Assembly: GCF_009914755.1 (NCBI RefSeq)
Contig: NC_060932.1
DNA: 64,000 nucleotides
Source: the human T2T-CHM13v2.0 reference genome, Homo sapiens
Reading direction: 5' to 3' (one strand)
In this document: one piece after another, positions 51,188 to 64,000 of the stretch
Layout of the letters: every line of letters begins with the position of its first letter
Numbering within the stretch: the stretch's first letter is position 1
Notes under the pieces: model-generated
Told to the model about the DNA's origin: nothing
Seen by the model: the letters and a program-made list of their open reading frames with translations, nothing else
Database searches by the model: none
Made by a program: the position numbers and the translations under genes

Positions 51188-53254
51188 TGAAGTTTGGCTA
51201 ACATCTAACAAACATTGAAATTCTGGAGGAATACTATGCGAGTCGTGAGTGGTGTCCGAAAGCAAAGAAGACAGTGTAGTGGGGGGACAGTGTAGAAATA
51301 AAGAATTATTTGCTGATTTAAGGACAACCAATATGAGAAAAGGCAATTTGCAAAGAAAAAAAATACTTTTAAAGGATTGGCTTTTTTTTTTTTTCATGTT
51401 GAAGGATTGAGCACATATTTCTATTGAGGATCTTGAGTTAGTTTGCTACTTAAAATGCAAGTTCCTTATACAGATAAGGTTTGTGTCCTATTTCCAAACA
51501 CATATAATGAGTGTAGTAAAGAGGGAATTTCTTTTTTTGTTTTTCTTTTTTGGAGATAGAGTCTCTCTCTGTTGCTCAGGCTGGAGTGTGGTGGCATGAT
51601 TGCAACCTCTGCTCCCAGGGTTCAAGCTCACTGCAACCTCCGCTTCCAGGGTTCAAGCTCACTGCAACCTCCGCTTCTAAGGTTCAAGCAATTCTTGTGC
51701 CTCAGCTTCCTGAGTAGCTGGGACTACAGGCATGAACCACCATGCCCAGCTAATTGTTTGTATTTTAGTAGAGATGAGGTTTTACCATGTTGTCCAGGCT
51801 GGTCTCAAACTTTTGAGCTCAGGCAATCGGCCCGTTTTGGATTATAGGCGTGAGCTACCTTGCCTGGCCTGAATTTCTTGATTTGAATAACTATTGTTTT
51901 GCTTCTTAGTTTCTTTCTCCTTTCCCAAGAGGAAAGGAGAATGGGGTAACCTTGGACCCTCTTTTCACTGAATTTTTTTTAAAGCGCTACTTATTTTTTC
52001 TCTTTAACTTTTCTATATATGAAAGTGATGTACACAGAATATATTCACTGCAAAAAGTGGGGTTTATTCCCTGTAGTGGTATATGACTGTGTTTTACATT
52101 GAAGTGTGAAATGCCCCTTAATCATCTTAAGTTATATTGTGGTTGATAAAATAAGACTTTACCAAATCTCTTCCTATTTTGTTCTGAGGAACTGACAATA
52201 ATAAAACTGTTTAGGGATGTGGTTTTGAGGGAATTACCTAATGTATGACTCTGATTCATTTTCCCTCACATTGCCAATTACATTCTACAAACCAGTCATC
52301 AATAAAATAAATTCTAACGGTAGAAACAAATTCTACTGTTATACAGTGAGCATAGCCTAGGTCGTCATGAGAGAGGATTAGCAGGCCTTGACGCCATGAT
52401 AAGGAACATTTTTTTCTCTTGTTATACTTGAAGAGCCAGAAGCCATCACATAATATTTAAGGACATCCAAGTATAAGCAATAGGAGTAAGTTAGAGCTTT
52501 TTCCTCTAACATTGTATTATGAAAAATTTCAAATGTACAGAAAAGTTTAAATAATTTTACAGTGAATACTCATGTCCACCACTTAAGATTCCACAATTAA
52601 CATTTCACTGTATTGCTTTATCACATGACTATCCATCTAGCTCTCCCTCTATCCATCTGTCAATTAATTCATCTTTTTTTGGAAAGTATTTCAGAGTACG
52701 TTGTAGACAATAATACACTTTTCCTAAAACCTTCAGCTCTCGGTGTACTAACTAGTATTCACTCTTTGCTTTTGGTTCTTTTTTTCAGAGATAAAATTTA
52801 TATACAATAAAATATGCCATTTGATGAATATTGACTAAAGCAATTGCACATCTATACAACGCAAATCCCTATCCAGATATTTTTTAATGCTTTTGACTGC
52901 AAGAAACAATCAGCTTAAACTGTTGCCTCCTATAAGTGGAAGTTCAGGAGATACAATGCCTTAAAATTTAATTCATTCTCTGCAATTCTTTTGGTTCTCT
53001 CTTGTAGCTCCTTCATGTGCCAGCTCTTTTATTGGTTGGCTTCATCTTCCAGCCAGTGGTAGAACAGGAATGTCAGGCCTCATATGGCTTGTAATAACAT
53101 CTGGGAGAAAGGGAAGTATTTCCATTCAGGACTCCAATCACAAGTCCTGAGGTTCACCCTGACTTCGTTGGTTAGGTCACATGCCTATTCCTGAGTCGGT
53201 GGGATTGTAGCCAGGGGAGGGGAATGACACAAGCCAAGGGGGCATCTCCCCCAG

Positions 53255-53366
53255 TACACACACACAGACACACACACACATACACATACACATACACACA
53301 CAGACACACACATATACACACAGATACACACACACAGATACATACATACACACATAGACACATACA
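53255..53366. repeat. Imperfect (CA)n/(TA)-interrupted dinucleotide repeat
   Basis: acacacacacagacacacacacacatacacatacacatacac... Confidence 0.9.
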
Positions 53367-53906
53367 GGAGTCACTCCACGATTCACGCACAACCCTATTC
53401 TACCACTTCCAGAAAAACTGCGCTGGTTAATATAATTTTCTGCTATTTTGAGAAAGGGAAAAACCCACTAGTACATGTTGTTTTGAGAAAAAGAAAAATA
53501 GTGTAACAAATTAGAAAATACTCCAGTGAAAAGACAATCTTATTTCTTTGCAAATGTAAAACTACGATGCGGGAGGTCAACACTGTGATAGTAATCCTTA
53601 AATTTATAATAGACAACTATATTTCAGCTAATTTTATGAGAATTTCTTTTAAACAAACCCTATTTTTGGCAAATGATACCATTTCTTCACTTGCTCAGCT
53701 CATATTTACTCAGTGCCTGCTATTTGTCGGGCATCTCAGTACTAGCTGTGAGAGATACCAAGTGAAATAAGAGAAGGCTTTTATTCTTGAGCAGCTCAAA
53801 ATGTATCCTGCCCAGTTTTACCAAGTGTGTGTACTAAGTGGAATTCATGACCTAAAACCACATTATATTAAAGACTATGGAGAAATGGTTATGTGTTTTT
53901 ACCAGT

Positions 53907-54531
<625 letters not shown>

Positions 54532-55343
54532 TAACCCCTGACCTGACCTCAAGTGATCCGCCCACCTCAGCCTCCCCAAGTGCTAGGATTACAGGTGTGA
54601 GCCACTGCAGCTGTTTTTGTTTTCTCTTTCTTTCTTTGTTTTGTTTTTTGGACACATGGTCTTGCTCTGTCACCCGGGCTGGAGTGCAGGGGCATGATCA
54701 CAGCACACTGCACCCTTAACCCTACCCGCTCAAGTGAGCCCCCTGCCTCAGCCTCTGAGTAGCTGGGACTACAGGTGTGTGCCAACACACCTGGCTAATT
54801 TTTTTAATTTTTAGTAGAGTCGACATCTCACTGTATTGCTCAAGCTGTTCTCAAACTCCTGGGCTCAAGTAATCTTCCCACCTTGGCTTCCCAAAATGTT
54901 GGGATTACAGAGGTGAACCACTGTACTGGGCCTCAGTTATTTATTTTTTTTTACTACAACAATTAATTTAAAATGTTATTTGTTTTATTAGAAAGAGAAC
55001 AAAGAGAACACAACATCATATTTTTCTCCTTCTAGGAGAAACAACTCCTCCAAATAGAATAACCAAGTGATGCCACACTCGTAGGTAACTATGTTTCTTC
55101 TGAAATTATACTGCTTCCTTAGAATTATGATACTATACTATTAGAATTGTCATATATCAAGCCCTCTCCTCCCCTGCCTTTAGCTCTCGACTTGGCAGAA
55201 GTGTCGAAAAGCTATAGAAAAGATTGGATTATACATTTTGAAGCCAAAAGTTGACTCAACAGTGGCATAAAGGGCTCTGTCTTCCTGTTGAATTCTGGGC
55301 AGGATTTTTCTCAGTGCCTCATCACTAGTTTGATAAACAGTCA

Positions 55344-55757
<414 letters not shown>

Positions 55758-56359
55758 TCATATAGGAGTGGGAGTTGGGAGAATGCCTGGGCGGAAAAGG
55801 GCAAAAGCACATATTATGGAAATCTCATGTCTCATACATTATTCATATAATGAATTTATTTAAAAATTTGTACACAATAACTTTAATAAATATACTGATA
55901 ATTCAATAGATATAAAAACTGGGAAACATTAAAATGAAGTTATTCAAAATCTAAGGGTGGAGGAGTTAGGGAGTATTGAAGATGTTATCAGGCATCCTTG
56001 GCAAAGAAGGACACTTAAAAAAGTAAGTCATGCTTCTAACACAAGGGAAGATAACTGTCTTAGAAACTTCCACAGAAGCTGGGTGCAGTGGCTCACGTCT
56101 GTGATCCCAGCACTTTGGGAGGCTGAGGTCGGAAGATGGCTTGAGCCTATGAGTTTCAGACCAGCCTGGGCAACACTGGGAGACCCCATCTCTACAGAAA
56201 TTTTAAAAATTAGCCAGGTGTGTTAGTGCATACCTGTGATCTGAGCTACTTGGGAGGCTAAGGTGGGAGGATCACTTAAGCCCAGGAGGTCGAGACTGCA
56301 GTGAGCCATGTTCGGGCTACTGCACTCCAGCCTGGGTGACAGAGCGAGAGCTTGTCTCA

Positions 56360-56522
56360 GAAAGGAAAAAGAGGAGAGGAGAGGAGACGGGAGGGGAGAG
56401 AAGGGGTGGGGAGGTGGGGAGGGGACGGGAGGGGAGGGAAGGGAAGGGGAGGGGAGGGGAGGATGGGGAGGGGAGGGGAGGGGAGAGGAGGGGAGGACAG
56501 GGGAGAGGAGTGGAGAAGGGAA
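56360..56522. repeat. (GGGGA)n/(GGAGA)n polypurine tract at an Alu tail
   Basis: Directly visible. Confidence 0.9.
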
Positions 56523-57001
56523 AGCAGTGCAGGGCAAGGGGGCTTAAGACCATAAACCTAGAATAAGTGATAAAGAGCCTATGTTGTGGGAAACCAGGCC
56601 AGAATTGACCCTTTAGCTTCTGGGTTGCCCTTCTGACCTAACAAGCTTGTGGCAGTAGCTCAGTACAGTATGAAGTCTTCTCATGACTTTTAGATGAATT
56701 TGGGACAAAAAGTTAGAGGTGATGATAATCATTGTAGAGAAGTGATCAAGGTGTCTTTTTTGTTGTTGTTTTGTTTTGTTTTGTTTTGTGTTTTTAGACG
56801 GAGTCTCACTCTGTTGCCCAGGCTGGAGGGCAGTGGTGCAATCTTGGCTCACTGGAACATCTGCCTCCTGGGTTCAAGTGATTCTCGTGCCTCAGCCTCC
56901 TGAGAAGCTGGGATTACGGGCATGGGCCGCTACACCCAGCTAATTTTTGTATTTCGGGTCAAGACAAGGTTTCCCAGGCTGATCTTGAACTCCTGACCTG
57001 A

Positions 57002-57427
<426 letters not shown>

Positions 57428-57883
57428 TGAAGAAATGCGACAATTCAGTCATTTGTTAAATAATAGTGATAGCAATGTTGTCATGTCCTATTTTATGCTT
57501 TTATATGTACATTATTTCCTTGAATTCTTACAATAATTTTATTATCTCCATTTTAAAATGGAAGAAACCAAGGCATGAGCAACTTGCCATGGTCACACAT
57601 GTGGTAAGTATGGGAGCTTGGTTTATTGGTTTTGAATCCAGGCCTCTCAGAATACATACATACAGCTGTGGAAGTAGCCCTGTAAAATATCAAGAAGTAA
57701 GGCTTATTCTGTTTGCCTTCGGGTCACAGTCTAAGCAGGATGGGAAGGAGGAAAAGACATATGCATTTAGGTACTAATTCAAAAGGGCAATATATAGAAT
57801 GGTTTAAACAATAATGGGGATTTCTTAAGCTTATGTAACATTAAATTTCAGGAGAGGGTTTGATCAGAATTTCAGGTCTATTC

Positions 57884-58041
57884 CTCCCATCCAAGTACCC
57901 AGGCTGGAGGGCAGTGGTGCAATCTTGGCTCACTGGAACATCCTGTGGACAGGCCTGTAATCACAGGATTACAGGCCTGTCCCTGCTTAGCTTCCGAGAT
58001 CAGATGGGATCTGGCACGTTCAGGGTGGTATGGCTGTAGAC
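57884..58041 (-). pseudogene. 5S rRNA retropseudogene (nt ~1-90), interrupted by an insertion
   Basis: 57981-58041 is the reverse complement of the 5S 5' end (GTCTACAGCCATACCACCCTGAAC...GAAGCTAAGCAGGG). 57884-57898 is the reverse complement of GTACTTGGATGGGAG. TSD-like GGTCTATT(C/T)CTC at ~57875 and ~58044. Confidence 0.9.
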
Positions 58042-58667
58042 TCGGTCTATTTCTCTTAAATTTCCTTGATTCTACTCTGAGCTTTCACGATGTCTTCATG
58101 AAGACTTCTTTTATAGTCTTACAATGGCCACCCGCAGCAATCAAGACTGAAGACGGGGCTGTCTGCCATTCACCATCCACAAAAGTTGTGAGCTCTGATC
58201 TTTTTGAATCATCTTAACTCACAGACCCACTAGATATTAAGGCACAGCAATGTCCTTCATTGGTTGAAGAAAATATTCCATAGAAAAAGATACAGGCTGA
58301 GAAAACTTAGGAGATGTTAGTGTACATTTTGTTCTTTACTACTTACAATGTAATTGTCCTGGTGTAAACCTCCTCACCGTGAGGACGGCCTGTTCATCAT
58401 GCTCACTCCTTCACCCCAAACCATTCCCTTACTTGGAAGATATGCCTGTCCCCCCCAGCAAAGATTTGCTCAGTAATAAAGTAAAATAGAGCTCTCAACA
58501 TATGACTGAAGTGGCAATTGGCTTACATTCAAATTTCATGGAATGATTTTTGTATTACTTGAGTTTTGATGTCTTTCCAAGAAACACCTCCACTCAGAGA
58601 GAGTCCCAGCCAAAGCTGTATAAAAGTCATCTCTTTGTATAAGCAAAGCTACTTGAGGAATAATTAA

Positions 58668-59156
<489 letters not shown>

Positions 59157-59462
59157 TAATAAGATTAAGCTTATACCTCAGTATATCATTGCATTGACAT
59201 TACAACAGTAACTTTGGCATTGATTTTGTACTGCATCTTACCATAAATATAAGTAATAGTAATGAATCCAAATAAAAGTGGTTTTATGCTCAGATAATAC
59301 TGTATGAGTTTAGCCTTTTATTCTATGAAATGGGTAGCACGTGTCCACATGCAGCAAACCTTTTGTACTCATGTACTGACAAGGAACTGTGATATGAAAA
59401 GCATGATTTTTCTTATGCCTGTGTTGACTACAAAAGAGAGAAGCTCCAGTTAAACCCATTGA

Positions 59463-59936
<474 letters not shown>

Positions 59937-61014
59937 TAGTGGTTAGGGGCAGGAATTCTTTAGAAACCACTATCCCAATGCACCAGGATTTATTAAGCCA
60001 TTTCATTTATCATGGGACAAAAAGTTATTTGATTATTTATATGCTTAATTAACCAGGGGAAATCTCTTCAATTGTCTTCCTCTGCTTTGGGTGGTTATTC
60101 AGCTGCTAGATAATTTCTTTCCCTAAAGGGGAACACAGAGAAGGAGAGGAAGTTGGTTTGGCTACTTGTCAGCAGTTCTGGAAGAACGTTTATTCAGGGA
60201 GGAGTTTGAAATCTGTGAGAATTTGGGCATTATCTGGACATTTTTGGTTCCTTCATGTTGTTCCTGTCTATCTGTAGTCTATGATTTCCTGGATGAAGCC
60301 AGACTTACTGAGAGTGCATGAAGTTGGTGGATGAATCTCATAAAGATCTTCTCTCCTAGGCCAGGCCTGGTGGCTCGTGCCTGTAATCCCAGCTCTTTGG
60401 GAGACCGCAGTAGGTGGATCACTTGACGTCAGGAGTTTGAGACCAGCTTGACCAACATGGTGAAACCCTGTCTTTACTAAAAATACAAAAATTAGTGGGT
60501 GTGGTGGCATGCGCCTGTAACCCCAACTACTCGGGAGGCTGAGGCAGGAGAATTGCTTGAACCCAGTGACAGAGAAGACTCCGTCTCAAAAAAAAAAAAT
60601 CTCTCCATAGGTTCTTGAGATTCAGAACACTACTCTGTCACCTGTAACTCTGCTACCCTACCAGTGTTCCTCCATTGATTCTCCAGCCTCTGCCAGAGAA
60701 AACTTCTAGTGGCCAGAACTCTATCTCATCTTCGTGAACTTCTAAATAGACAGGTGTTGAGGGAAAGGCCACCATCACTATGGTAGTCATACTAACGGGA
60801 TCTATATACTTTTGGGGAAATCATTGCAATCTTTATTAACAGCTTGTGTGAAAGGAAATTTTATTATGATATTTATCCTCACAGTTGTTTTGTTTTTTGA
60901 TACAAGGTCTTCCTTTGTTGCCCAGGCTGAAATGCTGTGGTGTGATGATGGCTCACTGCAGCATTGACTTCCTGGGCTCAAGCGATCCTTCCACCTTAGC
61001 TTACCCTTGAGTAG

Positions 61015-61413
<399 letters not shown>

Positions 61414-63282
61414 TAGCCAGGATGGTCTCGATCTCCTGACCTCATGATCTGCCCACCTCTGCCTCCCAAAGTGCTAAGATTACAGGCGTGAGCCAACGCG
61501 CCTGGCCTCTAATAGTTCTTAAAAGTTAGTAATTGAATTTACTATTATTAATAGAACATAGCCACAGTTAGTTAATATGCCTGGAGAATCCTGGGAATTG
61601 GACTTTCATAGAAAGTTCGGTATAGTATGTAACAAAGACAATACTTATTTATAACTACCCTGGGGTCTATTCAGAATCTTTCTCAAAGGTTACATCTGAA
61701 AAATGCAGTTTGTCACTTAAAATTTGCATACATTAGAAGGTAGACATTTGTACCACACGAGGCCATGTGGCTTTGGGAATCGAATCTGTGTGACATGAAA
61801 TGCATTCCATGGTAGAACGTTGTCAAAGTGAGGTATATTTTTCTCACAGGGCAGATGTTTTCTACTTGAAGAGCCCCTATGTCCCATTTGATAATCTTCC
61901 TGGATAAAGGTCAAGGTGATTGCAGGCCTGTCTCCCCCTCTCCTTCAGACTTTCAGGAATGGAAAGTGTAAGCAATAGTTGAAACCTGAAAGAGAAGTAC
62001 AACTGTAATTGCTGGACTCATTATTCTAGTGACTTAAAAGTATGGGTGCCCTTCCTGCATTGAGCCTTTTAGTACCTTGTATAGACTTCCATCAGAGGGT
62101 CTACAGCCTTGCACATTTCTGTCCTGTTTGTGTGGTGAAGTAGATAAAGGTGAATACCACAACATTTTATGGTCCAGATTAAGGAACAGCTTAACTGGGC
62201 ACGCATAAATCCAAAGGATCAGCAAGAAGGGACGTGCAGTCCTCTGTCCTCTTACTATCCTACAATGAGTTGGGCAGGTACATCAACCTGTCTGGCCAAG
62301 CTGCATGTTTCTGTTCCTCAGGGGGTACCCTATCCCTCTGCTGTAGTATAAGCATGAGAATGGCTGAATGGCTTTATTTCTGGAGGACAAGTATTTTGAA
62401 CTCAGGCACAGAAGAGCCTTGGGGGCTTGATTGAAGCTGCAGTTTCTGCTGTGGAAAGGCCAGGCTACTAGTCCCAGCCCACCCACAGCCTAGCAGATCA
62501 AGCTGAGCCTCTGAGGTCACATCCACCAATTCCTTGGGTCCCTCCTCAGCTGGCATGTCTGCACACTTTCCAAGGTGAGGTATGGTGTCCTATTCATTCA
62601 TATATCCAGGGGTTCCTGCTTAAAATCCAGGAAGAGGCATACCATTATTTCCATGGTACAAATGCATTTTGACTTACACCGATGCTTTGAAATGAGGACT
62701 TTAAACTTTACCTTATCTTATTAGATAAGGATGTTTAGATCAAAGGTTAAACTAGGTTATTTTTTTAACCTCTTACTCTTTTTAATTGTTTAACACTTTT
62801 TAACACTCTATTTTATGTCCGCCAAGATACATGGCTAATTTATTCCTTGGGAGTAGGTTGTAAATTTTGTTATTATGCTATTTTTTTTGCAGTATTTATG
62901 GATTTTGTGTTATGTAGATTTTCTTTCAACCTTCTCAATAAATAGTAACAACAATAATAAAAATAAAAACCAGTATTTATTGAACCATACTATGTGACCA
63001 GTAGTGGCATGCAGTTTATTTGAACAGTATCATTTAATCCTGGAGTAAGTATCATTAGTCCCATTTTAGAAATGAGAAAGCAAAGGCTTAGAAAGATTAA
63101 GAAACTTGCCCAGGGTTACAAGGTGAGCAGGTGGGAGCTGGGATTGCAGCTCCAGTTTCCCTCCAAAGGCCATGCTCTTTGATGGTTGAGGACACAGCTG
63201 GGCTCAGCCCTAAGCTGTTGGAGTGTGGCGGTCAGAGGCGGAGATGCCCCAGCTATTGTGGACATGGAGCCTGGACCTTTGA

Positions 63283-63576
<294 letters not shown>

Positions 63577-64000
63577 TAGGATTACAGGCGTGAACCACCG
63601 TGCCCAGCCTTGACTAATCTTTGAATATTTGTGTCTGTGTTGGGCAAAAATTAAACTTACATAGATGATAATAATTGTGTCAACTACATATATGGAAATG
63701 ATTAATAACAACATTAATACATCACAAATGAAGAAATATTTATTAATAAAAGCTACAAAAACTTGGGTTGGTTGCATGAATAATTATTTACTTATACTAT
63801 TATGTACGCCTAATTACCAGACAACATAGTGATCAGTGTATGTGTATATGTACACATATAAGAAGATATCACTATGGATTATAATTAACTAAAAATATTA
63901 GAAGTTCTAGAATATGAGTGTAGTTGGTTATATTTTAGGTTCTCGAAGAGTTTCTATGACATGAAACTCTAGAAAAATGCATATCCCCAGACTGGATGTG

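Noticed and set aside
53172-53430. Cys/Val- and His/Thr-rich ORFs
   Set aside because: Translations of the (CA)n repeat.
57884-58041. Functional 5S rRNA gene
   Set aside because: 3'-truncated, CpG-decayed, and the internal control region is split by an insertion.

Overview
Primate, almost certainly human, genomic DNA that is very Alu-rich and recognisable as the DSCC1-DEPTOR locus (8q24.12 from recall). The complete DSCC1 gene lies on the minus strand: 9 coding exons at 22644->1760, all GT-AG, 1182 nt in total, 393 aa, with a poly(A) signal at 857-862. About 18 kb further on is the divergently oriented DEPTOR CpG-island promoter, coding exon 1 (40658-40779) and the first ~23 kb of intron 1. 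Other content: about 60 Alus, L1/L2/MIR/DNA-transposon relics, an LTR8 split by a twin-primed L1PA, an ERVL pol relic, a deleted HERV-H pol-env-LTR7 relic antisense in DEPTOR intron 1, and tailless 7SL and 5S retropseudogenes. I see no evidence of a new protein-coding or prokaryote-like system, and almost all ORF-track entries are repeat artefacts. The most unusual signals are (i) a cluster of locally templated insertions at 54-58 kb, consistent with template switching, (ii) a strong-Kozak uORF ahead of DEPTOR, and (iii) the HERV-H relic, which has a long open RT frame and antisense promoter/poly(A) parts. Repeat boundaries and subfamily names are by eye and approximate.
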